This document shows positions 49,419 through 60,294 of a stretch of 64,000 nt of DNA, in pieces. Made by a program: the position numbers and the translations under genes. Origin of the DNA: Syntrophomonadaceae bacterium (GTDB lineage: Bacteria > Bacillota > Syntrophomonadia > Syntrophomonadales > DTU052). The DNA lies in assembly GCA_012728655.1 (NCBI GenBank), contig JAAYEQ010000048.1, positions 51,328 through 115,327 of the forward strand. Reading direction: 5' to 3'. The notes below the pieces were generated by a model. The model was not told the origin of the DNA, made no database searches, and saw only the letters and a program-made list of their open reading frames with translations. Every line of letters starts with the position of its first letter. The first letter of the stretch is position 1.

Positions 49419-50138
49419 ATGCTTCAATATCCGTTGGGGTTACTGACCCTGCTGGCAGTATCGATACTCATCTATTTTGGCGTCGGACACCGGGTGTTGG
49501 ACCGTCTGCGGCTGAGTGACCGTGCCGCTCTGGGAGTAATCGCGGCCATAATAGTAGGCAGCTTTATCGATATACCTGTAACGAGTCGACTCAATATCAA
49601 CCTGGGGGGAGTGATCCCCATCATCCTGGCCGTCTATGTCCTGGCAGGTGCGGGGAAAGCCTATGAGTGGATAAGAGCCGTGGTTGCCGCCGGTGTAACT
49701 GCTGCCATCCTGTTGCTGGTGAGCAGGGTTTTGGGTGCCGAGCCGGAGCAGATGTTCATCGATCCTATCTACATCTATCCCCTGGTGGCCGGAACCGTGG
49801 CCTACATTGCCGGGCGATCGCGCCGTGGTGCCTTCTTTGCGGCGGTGATGGGGGTATTTGCCCTTGACGTGGGGCATTTTATCTGGCTGCTGCGAACCGG
49901 CAATCCCGGGGTGGTGAACCTTGGCGGCGGCGGAGCCTTTGACGCTCTGGTTCTTTCCGGTATTCTGGCGGTACTGCTGGCGGAAGGTGTCGGTGAAATC
50001 CTGGAACGGGTTCAGGGAGGCCCGGAGGTGGAAGGGCGGCCCGAGGAACTGGTGAAAAACCTGCGGGAACCGCAACCGGAGCCGGCCCGTAAACCGGTAC
50101 CCGAACAAGATGCGGAAAGGAATGAGGACGGTGCTTAG
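49419..50138 (+). CDS. DUF1614 membrane protein
   Basis: GSFIDIP, NLGGVIP, LGGGGAFDALVLSG; multi-TM. Confidence 0.8.
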   Translation: MLQYPLGLLTLLAVSILIYFGVGHRVLDRLRLSDRAALGVIAAIIVGSFIDIPVTSRLNINLGGVIPIILAVYVLAGAGKAYEWIRAVVAAGVTAAILLLVSRVLGAEPEQMFIDPIYIYPLVAGTVAYIAGRSRRGAFFAAVMGVFALDVGHFIWLLRTGNPGVVNLGGGGAFDALVLSGILAVLLAEGVGEILERVQGGPEVEGRPEELVKNLREPQPEPARKPVPEQDAERNEDGA

Positions 50139-51183
50139 AAGGCTTGCGATAGTTTCCATCCTGCTGGCGGCTCTATGGAACCTGTCCGCCGATGCGGCCA
50201 TGGGCGCTTATGAACATGAAAGAACCGACGGCGGCTATTACACCCTGGTGGATGAAGAAGGGAAGATCCTGACCAAAACCGCCCTTCCGGTTTACGAGGG
50301 TGACGAGTTCATAACCCCGGACAACCGGCGGTTCAAGGTGGCAAAGATTGAAGGGGACACCTGCCGTTGTACCCTGGTGGGGGTAGAAAAAATGCCGGAA
50401 GTAAGAGCCGAGGTTCATGGGAGTTCAGGAATAGTGGGCTTGACGCCGGTGATAGCCAAAAACCGCGGAACCATCGGTATCTACTGCACGCACAGTGATG
50501 AATCGTACATCCCCTCTGACGGCAAGGAGAGTATCAGCGGTCGGGGAGGAGTCTATCAGGTGGGAGAAGCCCTGCGGGACGCCCTGAAATCTCAGGGGGT
50601 GAATGCGGTACTGGACAAGACCTCTCACAACCCCCATGATGTCAACGCCTACAGCCGTTCCCGCCGCACTGCGACCAAGCTGTTGAAGCAGGGATGTGTG
50701 GGACTGGTGGATATTCATCGGGATGCGGTACCGGCGGACGTGTATGCCGCCCGGGTTAACAGCCAAAAGGTTACCCGGGTCAAATTGGTGGTAGGGAAAC
50801 AAAACCCCAATATGTCATCGAATCTGGAGTTTGCCAAAAAAATCAAAGCCTATATGGACGAAAAATGCCCGGGGCTTTCGGCGGGGATATTCCTGGGCAG
50901 AGGCAGCTACAACCAGGACCTGTCTCCGAGGTCGATACTGGTTGAAGTAGGTGCGCATACCAACAGCAGAGAGGACGCCCAAAGGGGAATTGAGATGTTC
51001 GCGCAGGTACTCCCCGATGTCTTTGGCGTTGAAAGTGCCCAGGACGGCGATGCCACCCCGCTGGTCAATGTAGCGGCGGGCGGAAACCAGCGCAGTGACT
51101 GGACTGCGGCCTTGCTTATCCTGCTGGGAGCCGCTGTTGCTTACGGGGCGTACATCGCTATAAACCGGAAAAAGACCAAGTAG
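50122..51183 (+). CDS. spoIIP: Stage II sporulation protein P (cell-wall amidase/endopeptidase)
   Basis: IYCTHSDESY, AYSRSR, DIHRD, YNQDL, LVEVG; N- and C-terminal hydrophobic segments. Confidence 0.88.
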   Translation: MRTVLRRLAIVSILLAALWNLSADAAMGAYEHERTDGGYYTLVDEEGKILTKTALPVYEGDEFITPDNRRFKVAKIEGDTCRCTLVGVEKMPEVRAEVHGSSGIVGLTPVIAKNRGTIGIYCTHSDESYIPSDGKESISGRGGVYQVGEALRDALKSQGVNAVLDKTSHNPHDVNAYSRSRRTATKLLKQGCVGLVDIHRDAVPADVYAARVNSQKVTRVKLVVGKQNPNMSSNLEFAKKIKAYMDEKCPGLSAGIFLGRGSYNQDLSPRSILVEVGAHTNSREDAQRGIEMFAQVLPDVFGVESAQDGDATPLVNVAAGGNQRSDWTAALLILLGAAVAYGAYIAINRKKTK

Positions 51184-51267
51184 GACGGCTTGGCCAAAAC
51201 CAGGAAACTAACCGGCCGGTTTCAGTCATCATGGTTGGAGCCGGCTGTTGTTAATGAGGCGGAATTT

Positions 51268-51735
51268 ATGAAGATTATCTATCACTGTTTCGGCGGCTCA
51301 CATTCTTCGGTCACCGCTGCTGCCATCCATCTCGGCTTTTTACCGACCAATCGCATTCCTTCCTTTCACGAGTTAATGGCATTGCCACACTTCGATAAAA
51401 CCCCGGGCGATGTGTACGGGGTGATCCGGTTTATGGGGCGCACCGGGGAAGGTGACGAGGTCTACGTCCTGGGAAAAAAGAACCTGGGAAACAGGATGGA
51501 CCGTATACTGATAGGACTGGCCGAACTGCTGGGAGTGAAAGACCGGGTGGTGGTAGTAAATACCATGCGTTATGTGAATCTATTTATGATGGTCGGAGGG
51601 TTCCTCTCCCGCCGGCTGGGATTGGTTTCCCTGGGACGGCCGATCCTGGTTTGGGGAACCCGTTTGGCGTTTCCTCACTTGGTGCGGGCGGTGGAGGAGG
51701 TAAAAAACGAGATAAGGCGGGGGGAAGAGGAATGA
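51268..51735 (+). CDS. DUF3189 family protein
   Basis: MKIIYHCFGGSHSSVTAAAIHLG..GGFLSRRLGL..GRP. Confidence 0.85.
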   Translation: MKIIYHCFGGSHSSVTAAAIHLGFLPTNRIPSFHELMALPHFDKTPGDVYGVIRFMGRTGEGDEVYVLGKKNLGNRMDRILIGLAELLGVKDRVVVVNTMRYVNLFMMVGGFLSRRLGLVSLGRPILVWGTRLAFPHLVRAVEEVKNEIRRGEEE

Positions 51736-52229
51736 TAATCCTGTTGGTTGGGACCACCGGTGTACACCATACCCTGGTGGCCGCGCACCTTTACCTTAAA
51801 AAAAACATATCCGCAGGGGAATTTGCCCACCTGGACGGTTACTGTGACCTCTCCCTTGAAGGCAGCGGGTTTCCCATAGCTATCGGCTGCGATGGTTACG
51901 GCAATAATGTTTACACCCTGGGATTGGGGCGTCTGGTCGAGATCGGCAACAGGGCCATCAACGGTTTCAGCCAGATAATGGGATTTGATTCCTCACAACT
52001 GCTGATCAGAGAGCTGCGCATACCGGGTGATCTCGACATCTGGGCGGCATCCAAAGCCAATTGGATGCCTATGGGAATGGGCAACGCCATTAACCGCCTG
52101 GTTGCCGACCGTGTCATTTCCCGCGAGTTTAAACGGATAAAGTCCGAAGCCTTAAGGCTCACCGAACAGGTTGCATTGCTGCAGGGAGTATCGGATAATA
52201 TGACCGGGTTGGGGTTTAAGGCGGGCTGA
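51732..52229 (+). CDS. Divergent DUF3189-like protein
   Basis: GTTGVHHTLVAAHLYL, G.DGYGNNVYTLG resemble the upstream paralog; ATGA overlap. Confidence 0.65.
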   Translation: MIILLVGTTGVHHTLVAAHLYLKKNISAGEFAHLDGYCDLSLEGSGFPIAIGCDGYGNNVYTLGLGRLVEIGNRAINGFSQIMGFDSSQLLIRELRIPGDLDIWAASKANWMPMGMGNAINRLVADRVISREFKRIKSEALRLTEQVALLQGVSDNMTGLGFKAG

Positions 52230-52322
52230 TGCGGCCAACCCCGGATGAGGGATGGTGGAGCAGCACTTGACCCATCCGTGGTTTTGCCGGATAATGTGGT
52301 GGATATCCTGATTGGCGGGGGA

Positions 52323-53684
52323 ATGAACTTGGGCAGAAAGGGCGCCATAATTGCCAGGGTGATGCCGGGCAGCATCGGCGAGGAAATGGGTATTGAACCG
52401 GGAGACCGGCTTCTGTCAATAAACGGCAAGACGGTTGATGATGTCCTGGACTATTCTTTCCTGGCCGACGACGGCTACCTGGAGGTTGAAATCGAAAAAG
52501 CCGACGGGGAAATCTGGGTTCTGGAGATCGAAAAGGATTACGGGGAGGGCCTGGGGCTCGAATTTGACGAGGTAGTTTTCGATCGCATCAGGTCGTGTGC
52601 CAACAAATGCCTGTTCTGCTTTGTGGACCAACTGCCCCCGGGTATGAGGAAAACCCTTTACGTCAAGGACGACGACTACCGGCTCTCCTTTCTCTACGGC
52701 AACTTTATCAGCCTGACCAACCTTCGCCAACGAGATTGGGACAAGATATTGGGAATGAGGCTCAGTCCTCTTTATGTTTCGGTACATGCAACCGATCCCG
52801 ATATCCGGGCCCGGATGTTCGGATCCGAGAAAGCCCGGAAGGTGATGCGCGACCTGAAACGGCTGCGGGATCATGGTATCGAGGTGCATACCCAGATCGT
52901 CCTCTGTCCGGGCATCAATGACGGCAGGGTTCTGGAACAGACGATAGATGACCTCAAATCGCTGTGGCCGGGGGTAAGGAGCGTAGGGATTGTCCCGGTG
53001 GGGATAACCGGTTATCGTGAAGGCCTGCCCCCGCTGAAACCGGTTACCAGGGAGTTGGCCCTTGAACTTATTGAACGGGCGGAAAGGTGGCAGATGGAGT
53101 TCCGAAAGGATCTGGGGGTTGGTTTTGTTTACCTGGCGGACGAGTTCTTTATCATGGCCGGGAAGGGTTTCCCGGAACCGTGGTATTATGATGATTATCC
53201 CCAGCTCGAGAATGGTATTGGGCTGGTTGCGAGTTTTCTGGAGGAACTGCGGGGTCTCCTGGCAGGGTTGTCGGAAATTGAGCCACCGGATGAGCCGACC
53301 TATGTTGTATGCGGCCGTTCAGCTGAATCCATGTTTGCCGATGTGGTGCGGATGCTTCAGCCGCTCGGGATCGAACTCCGGATTATACCGGTTACCAATC
53401 ACTATTTCGGGGGGCGGGTAACGGTAACCGGCCTTCTGACGGGACAGGATATACTCCGGGCGCTGGAGAGGCGCTACGAAGAGAAGCGTATTCTGCTGCC
53501 CAAGACCGTACTGAGGGACGGCGGAACCGTACTGCTTGACGACATGACGGTATCGCAACTGGCTGCAATGTCCGGGGCTGCAATTGAGGTAGTGGACCCA
53601 ACCCCGAAAGCCATGTTGGATGCCATACTCGGCCGGGCCTCACGGAGGCGGCCAAACAGGAGGGAAAAATGTCAAAACCAGTAG
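52323..53684 (+). CDS. PDZ plus radical-SAM protein (DUF512)
   Basis: PDZ-like [38 protein letters not shown]. Confidence 0.9.
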   Translation: MNLGRKGAIIARVMPGSIGEEMGIEPGDRLLSINGKTVDDVLDYSFLADDGYLEVEIEKADGEIWVLEIEKDYGEGLGLEFDEVVFDRIRSCANKCLFCFVDQLPPGMRKTLYVKDDDYRLSFLYGNFISLTNLRQRDWDKILGMRLSPLYVSVHATDPDIRARMFGSEKARKVMRDLKRLRDHGIEVHTQIVLCPGINDGRVLEQTIDDLKSLWPGVRSVGIVPVGITGYREGLPPLKPVTRELALELIERAERWQMEFRKDLGVGFVYLADEFFIMAGKGFPEPWYYDDYPQLENGIGLVASFLEELRGLLAGLSEIEPPDEPTYVVCGRSAESMFADVVRMLQPLGIELRIIPVTNHYFGGRVTVTGLLTGQDILRALERRYEEKRILLPKTVLRDGGTVLLDDMTVSQLAAMSGAAIEVVDPTPKAMLDAILGRASRRRPNRREKCQNQ

Positions 53685-54994
53685 TGGCGATAGTCGGCCG
53701 ACCCAATGTCGGCAAGTCTACCCTTTTTAACCGGCTGGCAGGAATGAGAAAGGCAATCGTCGAAGATATCCCCGGTGTAACCAGAGACCGCATCTATGAA
53801 AAGACCGAGTGGGAAGGTCGGGAGTTTATAATCATCGATACCGGCGGTTTCACTACCGGGAGTGAGGACGGGCTGGCCGCCGAGGTGAAGAAACAGGCCC
53901 AACTGGCCATGGAAGAGGCCGACGTTATTGTAATGGTGGTCGATGCCCGGGAAGGTCTGGTTCAGGAAGACGAGGCTATTGCCGAAATACTGAGAAAGAG
54001 CCGCAAACCGGTGGTCCTTGCCGCCAACAAGGTGGAAGATTTCCATAAACAGACGCAGTATTATGAATTCTTTTCTCTGGGATTGTCGGACCCCATTCCC
54101 ATTTCGGCGGCTCATGGTCTCAACATCAGCGATCTGCTGGATGAGGTGGTCGCCAATTTCCCGGAACCGGACGAAGACACCCCGGACGAGGGGCTGGTCA
54201 CCCGCATCGCGGTGGTCGGCCGACCCAATGTGGGCAAATCGTCGCTGGTGAATGCCATCCTGGGTGAAGAACGGGTCATAGTCAGCGATGTTCCGGGTAC
54301 CACGCGTGATGCGATTGATACCCCTTTTGAATATGGGGGAAACCGTTATATCCTGATTGATACCGCGGGAATTCGCAGGAAGACCAAGATTTCCGTTTCC
54401 ACCGAGAGATACAGTGTAATGCGGGCGTTCAAGGCGGTGGATCGGGCCGACGTAGTGCTCATAATAATTGATGCCACTGAAGGAGTCACGGAACAGGACC
54501 AGAGGATTGCCGGTTTTGTTCACGAGCAGGGGCGGGCGTCGGTGATTGTGGTCAACAAGTGGGACCTGGTCACTAAAGACGCCAAAACCATGACGCTCTA
54601 TGATCAGGATATAAGAGAAGACTTGAAGTTTATGGCCTACGCTCCCATCCTGTACGTTTCGGCTCTGACCGGACAAAGGGTGCACAAGATTTTGGAACTG
54701 GTTGATTTCGTGGCGGAACAGCACTACACCAAGGTACAAACCTCGGAATTGAACCGGGTGATCAACGAAGCCCTGCTGCTCAACCCTCCACCGGGAGCCG
54801 GGAAGAAAAAACTCAAGATTTATTATGCGACCCAGGTCAAGACCGGACCGCCAACCTTTGTTTTATTTGTGAACGATGCGGACTTGTTGCATTTTTCGTA
54901 TCTCCGGTATCTGGAAAACACATTGAGACAGGCCTTCGGCTTTGAAGGGTCACCCCTAAGGCTGATACCGCGACAGCGAGCGGGCAAGGAGTGA
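53669..54994 (+). CDS. der: Ribosome biogenesis GTPase Der/EngA
   Basis: Two GRPNVGKS G-domains and C-terminal KH-like domain. Confidence 0.97.
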   Translation: MSKPVVAIVGRPNVGKSTLFNRLAGMRKAIVEDIPGVTRDRIYEKTEWEGREFIIIDTGGFTTGSEDGLAAEVKKQAQLAMEEADVIVMVVDAREGLVQEDEAIAEILRKSRKPVVLAANKVEDFHKQTQYYEFFSLGLSDPIPISAAHGLNISDLLDEVVANFPEPDEDTPDEGLVTRIAVVGRPNVGKSSLVNAILGEERVIVSDVPGTTRDAIDTPFEYGGNRYILIDTAGIRRKTKISVSTERYSVMRAFKAVDRADVVLIIIDATEGVTEQDQRIAGFVHEQGRASVIVVNKWDLVTKDAKTMTLYDQDIREDLKFMAYAPILYVSALTGQRVHKILELVDFVAEQHYTKVQTSELNRVINEALLLNPPPGAGKKKLKIYYATQVKTGPPTFVLFVNDADLLHFSYLRYLENTLRQAFGFEGSPLRLIPRQRAGKE

Positions 54995-55590
54995 TGCTGA
55001 TGAAAGAGCTTTTGCTGGTAATCGTTTGTTACCTGATCGGTTCCATACCTTTTTCCTACATAGTCAGCCGGCTGTTGGGCAAGGTTGACATCCGGAAGAC
55101 AGGCAGCGGGAATGTCGGGGCTACCAATGTCTTGCGTTCAGCCGGTTTGGTTCCGGCCCTGCTGGCGGTGACCGGCGATATCCTGAAAGGCGTTTTCGCC
55201 GCCTGGCTGGCAACGGTTTTGGGCGGAGGCATCCTCCTGCTGCTGTGCCCTTTGGCCGCGGTGGTTGGGCACTGCTATCCGGTATACCTCGGATTCCGAG
55301 GCGGAAAGGGTGTGGCCACCTCCACCGGAGCTCTGCTTTTTTTGACCCCTTATTCCATACTCTGCCTGTTTTTTGCCTTTGTCATTGTGGTCGGATTGTC
55401 CCGCATCGTATCCCTGGGTTCGCTGACCGCTGCCGTTTTTATCCCCTTCGTGACGCTGTTTCTTTATCCCCGGCAACCATTCGTCATCATTCTCACCTTT
55501 CTCCTGGCAATCCTGGTGATCTACCGTCACAAGGACAACATAAAGCGCCTGCGTGAGGGCAGGGAACCCCGGATAGGAGAGAGAGTATAA
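54991..55590 (+). CDS. plsY: Glycerol-3-phosphate acyltransferase
   Basis: [32 protein letters not shown]. Confidence 0.95.
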   Translation: MMLMKELLLVIVCYLIGSIPFSYIVSRLLGKVDIRKTGSGNVGATNVLRSAGLVPALLAVTGDILKGVFAAWLATVLGGGILLLLCPLAAVVGHCYPVYLGFRGGKGVATSTGALLFLTPYSILCLFFAFVIVVGLSRIVSLGSLTAAVFIPFVTLFLYPRQPFVIILTFLLAILVIYRHKDNIKRLREGREPRIGERV

Positions 55591-55591
55591 C

Positions 55592-56599
55592 GTGAAAAAG
55601 GTGACTGTAATCGGAGCGGGAAGCTGGGGGACGGCTCTGGCGGTCTTGCTGGGGGGCAACGGGCACCGGGTCACACTGTGGGGGAGAGAAGAGGACGGAG
55701 TCGAGGAGACGGCCCGCACCCGGGTCAACGCGCGTTACCTGCCCGGAGTAATCATCCCCGACGAAATTGATGTTACCTCTGACCTTGACTACGCCCTGAG
55801 CGGGACGGAAATACTGGTTCTTTCGGTTCCCTCCCAGGCCTTGCGTTCAGTTCTCCGGCGGATTGAGAACCGGGTCGGTAGCGATGCGGTTATTGTGAAC
55901 ACCGCCAAGGGACTGGAAATCGGAACTCAGCTGCGCATGAGCCAGGTGGTGCGCGATGTCTGGGGGCCCGATACCGAGAAAAGGTTTGCCGTTCTATCCG
56001 GTCCCAGTCATGCAGAAGAGGTAGGACGCCGGATTCCCACCGCCGTGGTTGCCGCTTCATCTCACCCGCCGGTAGCGCGGCTGGTGCAGGATGTGTTCAT
56101 GTCTCGCTGTTTCCGGGTATATACCAGTGATGATGTTATCGGCGTGGAAATGGGCGGTTCCTTAAAGAACATCATCGCTCTGGCCACCGGGATCAGTGAG
56201 GGCCTGGGTTTTGGCGACAATACCAAGGCGGCGCTTTTGACCCGGGGCCTGGCGGAAATAATCCGCATGGGGGTGAAGGTGGGAGCACGGGCTCAAACCT
56301 TTTCCGGCTTAAGCGGACTGGGAGATTTGGTGGTAACCTGCAACAGCCGTCACTCGCGCAACAACCGTGCCGGTTTTCTCATCGGCCAGGGTCACAAGCG
56401 GGAACAGGTTGTGGAAATGATAGGTATGGTAGTGGAAGGCATATCCACCACCCAGGCGGCTTTTGAGATGTCCTGTGAAATGGGGTTGGAGATGCCGATC
56501 ACCAGCATCGTCTACCAGGTTCTTTTTGAAGGGCAACCGCCCGGCCCGGCGGTTTGGAAGCTGATGGAAAGAGACAAAAAGCAGGAAACCCTGCCGTGA
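55592..56599 (+). CDS. gpsA: NAD(P)H-dependent glycerol-3-phosphate dehydrogenase
   Basis: GAGSWGTAL, LSGPSHA, LKNIIA, GLGDLVVTC.S..SRN. Confidence 0.95.
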   Translation: MKKVTVIGAGSWGTALAVLLGGNGHRVTLWGREEDGVEETARTRVNARYLPGVIIPDEIDVTSDLDYALSGTEILVLSVPSQALRSVLRRIENRVGSDAVIVNTAKGLEIGTQLRMSQVVRDVWGPDTEKRFAVLSGPSHAEEVGRRIPTAVVAASSHPPVARLVQDVFMSRCFRVYTSDDVIGVEMGGSLKNIIALATGISEGLGFGDNTKAALLTRGLAEIIRMGVKVGARAQTFSGLSGLGDLVVTCNSRHSRNNRAGFLIGQGHKREQVVEMIGMVVEGISTTQAAFEMSCEMGLEMPITSIVYQVLFEGQPPGPAVWKLMERDKKQETLP

Positions 56600-56602
56600 A
56601 GA

Positions 56603-57100
56603 CTAGTTTGCTTCAATAACCAACTGATAAAAGTGGACATCATGCCACCGGTCAAACTTGAACCCCACCTCCTTAAAACAGCCTGCCAATTCAAATCCGA
56701 ACTTGCGGTGAAGCCTTATACTGGCCTCATTGTCGGCGGTGATCCCGGCAATTATGGTGTGGTACTCAAGCTTTTTTGCTCGCCGCAGTATCTCCCGCAT
56801 CAGTTCGCTTCCGATGCCCTGACTCCAATGTTCGGGGTCAATATATATTGACAGTTCGGCCGAACGCGAATAAGCGGCCTTGTCCCTGAAACTGCTCAGA
56901 CAACAGTAACCCACAACCCTGCCGTCGAGTTCGGCCACAATCAACGGGTATTTGCCGCGGTGTTGGTTAAACCATTCCAACCGTTCTTCTAATGTTTTTT
57001 CCTCGATATCAAAGGTTGCCGCCAGGTTTTTAACCGCGTAATTGTATATCTTCAATATCGAAGGCAGATCGCTGATGACTGCATCTCGGATATGGAGCAC
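56603..57100 (-). CDS. GNAT N-acetyltransferase (phosphinothricin/YncA type)
   Basis: IYNYAV..ATF, QGIGS, NEASIRLH..FGF..VGFKF; AAAGGAG before GTG 57100. Confidence 0.88.
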   Translation of the reverse strand: MLHIRDAVISDLPSILKIYNYAVKNLAATFDIEEKTLEERLEWFNQHRGKYPLIVAELDGRVVGYCCLSSFRDKAAYSRSAELSIYIDPEHWSQGIGSELMREILRRAKKLEYHTIIAGITADNEASIRLHRKFGFELAGCFKEVGFKFDRWHDVHFYQLVIEAN

Positions 57101-57331
57101 GCCGTTTTCTCCTTTCATACATACTGGTACTCGTTCAACGCTGTATTCACTAAACTACAGTATAAACCATCGACTGAAACATGCCCAAACGCATCCGGGC
57201 ACCGACAGGCGGCCGCAAACAACAAAAACGAAATCAGGACATGCCGCTGGGCGACGGCTTGTATTGAGCAAACATCATGAAAAGGAAGAGGGGGAGAAAG
57301 GTGGGAACGTCCACAATTTTTTCAAGCCTGG

Positions 57332-57360
57332 TTATATTAATCTCTGTTGCTCCATATATT
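57332..57360 (+). promoter_or_regulatory. sigmaE promoter of spoIVA
   Basis: TTATATT-N14-CATATATT. Confidence 0.65.
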
Positions 57361-57455
57361 TGTACTGTTAACGAGATAAGTTGCATAAAAATAGGCAAGG
57401 TCGCCTGCAGGAGAGGGAAGCTTCTTTAAGAGAATTAACCGAGGAGGGAATAATA

Positions 57456-58934
57456 GTGGAGGGAAACAACATCTTGAGAGATATCGCCGAAAGAACTGGC
57501 GGCGATATTTATCTGGGGGTTGTTGGACCGGTTCGTACAGGGAAATCCACTTTCATTAAACGGTTCATGGAACTCATGGTCATTCCCGGCATAGAAGACT
57601 TTTATGAGAGGGAAAGGGCCAAGGATGAGCTGCCCCTTAGTGGAGCCGGGCGAACTATAACGACAACCGAACCGAAATTTGTGCCCAATGAGGCCGTGGA
57701 GATCAGCATTAAGAACGGCCTGAAGGCCAGGTTTCGGATTGTTGACTGCGTCGGATACGCCGTTCCAGGAGCGCTGGGGTACGAAGAGGACGAAGAACCC
57801 CGTATGGTACGCACTCCCTGGTTCGAATATGAGATACCGTTTGAAGAGGCCGCGGAGATAGGAACCCGGAAGGTTATCGAGGATCACTCCACCATAGGCC
57901 TGGTAGTAATTACCGATGGGTCCATCTGCGATATCCCCAGAAGGAATTATCTGGAGGCAGAGGAAAGGGTAATCAGGGAGCTTCAGGAGCTGGAGAAGCC
58001 CTTTATCGTTATTCTTAACTCCACCAGGCCTTATACGGAAGAGGTTCACGAGCTGGCCCAGGAGTTGTCGGATACATACGGGGTAACGGTGGTTCCGCTT
58101 GACTGCCAGCAGATGTCCAAGGAAGACATCTATCACGTCCTGGAGGAAGCCCTCTATGAATTCCCGGTACAGGAGGTTAATATCAGTCTGCCCAAATGGG
58201 TTGACGAAGTTGAAGAAGACTTCTGGCTCCGCAGCAGGATTGAGAGTTCTATCCGGGGGATCCTGGAAGACGTAAGAAAAGTCCGGGACATTGACACGGC
58301 ATTGAACAAACTGGCGGACATCGAGTACATCAGTCTGGTGACCATAAAGGAGATGAACCTGGGTACCGGGATAGCCTCAATTGACCTGGCGGTCCCGGAT
58401 GAACTGTATTACCAGGTGCTGAGCGAGGTAAGCGGTTTTGAAGTGCAGGGAGACTATGATGTCATGCGGCTGATGCGAGAACTGGCGGTGGCGAAAAAGG
58501 AATATGACAAGGTGGCTTCTGCGCTGGAGGAGGTCAAAACCACCGGGTACGGGGTGGTGGCCCCCAGCCTGGAGGATATGTTCCTGGAAGAGCCCGAATT
58601 AATACGCCAGGGAAGCCGTTTCGGAGTACGCCTTAAGGCGAAGGCTCCTTCGCTGCATATAATTCGAGCCGACATCTCCACGGAGTTGACCCCGATAATC
58701 GGGACCGAGAAGCAGACTCAGGAACTGGTCCGCTACATGCTCGACGAATTCGAGGAAAACCCGCAGAAGATCTGGGAGTCCAATATCTTCGGCAAGTCCC
58801 TCCATGACCTGGTGAGGGAAGGTATCCAGAACAAGCTGCAGGGGATGCCCGAAAATGTCCAGCGTAAACTCTCGGAAACGGTCAGCCGTATTGTCAATGA
58901 CGTCAGCGGAGGACTCATCTGCATCATTATCTGA
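57456..58934 (+). CDS. spoIVA: Stage IV sporulation protein A
   Basis: DIAERTGGDIYLGVVGPVRTGKSTFIKRFM; C-terminal GGLICIII. Confidence 0.97.
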   Translation: MEGNNILRDIAERTGGDIYLGVVGPVRTGKSTFIKRFMELMVIPGIEDFYERERAKDELPLSGAGRTITTTEPKFVPNEAVEISIKNGLKARFRIVDCVGYAVPGALGYEEDEEPRMVRTPWFEYEIPFEEAAEIGTRKVIEDHSTIGLVVITDGSICDIPRRNYLEAEERVIRELQELEKPFIVILNSTRPYTEEVHELAQELSDTYGVTVVPLDCQQMSKEDIYHVLEEALYEFPVQEVNISLPKWVDEVEEDFWLRSRIESSIRGILEDVRKVRDIDTALNKLADIEYISLVTIKEMNLGTGIASIDLAVPDELYYQVLSEVSGFEVQGDYDVMRLMRELAVAKKEYDKVASALEEVKTTGYGVVAPSLEDMFLEEPELIRQGSRFGVRLKAKAPSLHIIRADISTELTPIIGTEKQTQELVRYMLDEFEENPQKIWESNIFGKSLHDLVREGIQNKLQGMPENVQRKLSETVSRIVNDVSGGLICIII

Positions 58935-58968
58935 TGGCACTAAGATGCTTGCATGATGACTTCAAATT

Positions 58969-58994
58969 GCCGGCGCAAGGCCGGCTTTTATTTT
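58969..58994 (+). terminator. Terminator after spoIVA
   Basis: GCCGGC-GCAAG-GCCGGC-TTTTATTTT. Confidence 0.6.
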
Positions 58995-59069
58995 CCCTAC
59001 ATGATACCTATGGAGGAATTATTTGTTGGCAAGAAGAAGATTACATTAGAACATAGTAACACTATGTAG

Positions 59070-59441
59070 GTGATGGATGTGGCTCCGGCGAGAAGACTGG
59101 TTTTCCTGAAAAACAAGGAAGTAAAATTCGAGAAGCAGATCAACACCTATATAATGGACACTCAGTGCAAAGTGTTGGATGTGACCATGCTTGAATGGGA
59201 CCGTATCGATCGACTGTACTACCTGGGAATGGTGGTTGAAGAACAGATGAAGTTTTTCCGCCAGAATTGTCTGCTGCTGGAACAGCGACGTCCAGATGAC
59301 CTGACCAAGGACCTTGATGACTTTTCCAGCGTTATGTCCAAAGCCAAGGATGTAGACTACAAGATCGATTTCATCAAAACCTTTGCCCTGATGACCCCCA
59401 GAGGCCTCCGCTATTACGCCTTCGTGTTCTATGAAGACTGA
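59070..59441 (+). CDS. Hypothetical protein
   Basis: Protein-like 123-aa ORF; no family recognised. Confidence 0.65.
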   Translation: MMDVAPARRLVFLKNKEVKFEKQINTYIMDTQCKVLDVTMLEWDRIDRLYYLGMVVEEQMKFFRQNCLLLEQRRPDDLTKDLDDFSSVMSKAKDVDYKIDFIKTFALMTPRGLRYYAFVFYED

Positions 59442-59529
59442 TGAGGGGCATGATATAATGGTGATGGAGTTTTTCCGTACAACGGGGTGTACATAGGGGT
59501 TTGGCCCACTTTTTCAACATGGTGATTGT

Positions 59530-59952
59530 ATGAAGAACCGGCAATCCAAAACCCTGTTAAAGGAAGCCATCACACTGATACCCAGACTGCTTCGCCTGCT
59601 GGCTAAAACCGTCGGTGACCGCAGGCTTCCCCTGAATCAAAAGCTTCTGTTGCTGGGAACCATTCTTTATGTGCTGTCACCCCTGGATCTTATGCCGGAC
59701 TTCATTCCGTTCACGGGGCAGGCCGACGATATACTCCTCCTGGCCATGGTAATCCTGACCATAATGCAGCAGGTTGGAAACTCCGTTTTTCAGGACCGGT
59801 GGAACGATCGGCAGAGCCTTTCCGATTTGGCCCGTCGGATTCAGAAACTGGCCTCCTCTTTTCTCCCTTCTTCCGTTTATGAACGGATCGTAAAAGATTC
59901 CGGCTATCGCGACGACGTTATCGATGTCAAGTATTACGTCCACGAAGACTGA
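59530..59952 (+). CDS. DUF1232 (YkvA-like) membrane protein
   Basis: YVLSPLDLMPDFIPFTGQADD. Confidence 0.85.
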   Translation: MKNRQSKTLLKEAITLIPRLLRLLAKTVGDRRLPLNQKLLLLGTILYVLSPLDLMPDFIPFTGQADDILLLAMVILTIMQQVGNSVFQDRWNDRQSLSDLARRIQKLASSFLPSSVYERIVKDSGYRDDVIDVKYYVHED

Positions 59953-59982
59953 GCCGGAAGGTTTGGCGTTTTCAAAGCGGGC

Positions 59983-60014
59983 GGGGCGGGCGTTAACTCG
60001 CCCGCCTTCGTTTT
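59983..60014 (+). terminator. Intrinsic terminator
   Basis: GGGGCGGGCG-TTAACT-CGCCCGCCTT-CGTTTT. Confidence 0.65.
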
Positions 60015-60240
60015 GTACTGGGCAGCACCGGCGGTCCGGACCCCATTGGGGTAGTGTATCACGTCCCGGTTCCTCCATGTCTCCGATACGGACTTGCGAT
60101 CTTGTCTGCTTTGCCCTTGATTTCACGGAGCAAAGTTCTTGGTTGCAGCGTCCGCTCGGTGGAGTAACCGCACCTTTTGGCATGATGTGAACCCATGCTG
60201 TTTCCGCGTCGAAAAAAAGCTTACCCGTGGTAGATTTCTG

Positions 60241-60288
60241 TGCTATAATGTCCACCGAGTGTAGAATAAAATCCATCACGGATAGACA
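60241..60288 (+). promoter_or_regulatory. Extended -10 promoter with two imperfect TGTCYAY-N5-RTRGACA boxes (candidate ThrR operators)
   Basis: TGcTATAAT 60241-60249; boxes at 60249-60267 and 60270-60288. Confidence 0.5.
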
Positions 60289-60294
60289 GCGGGG

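Noticed and set aside
52227-52325. TGA of DUF3189-2 is in frame with the DUF512 ORF (possible Sec read-through fusion)
   Set aside because: No convincing SECIS geometry, the linker is not protein-like, and DUF512 has its own plausible RBS and ATG.
848-54739. Long antisense ORFs (e.g. 848-2110, 17525-18754, 35359-36552, 53672-54739)
   Set aside because: Shadows of well-supported genes on the opposite strand, without motifs or RBS.
59459-59500. GGTGATGGAGTT resembling a fluoride riboswitch
   Set aside because: The P1 partner and the downstream CUGAUGAC-type segment are missing.
60015-60200. Possible small minus-strand ORF or ncRNA before thrR
   Set aside because: No RBS, no recognisable motif and no consistent structure by eye.
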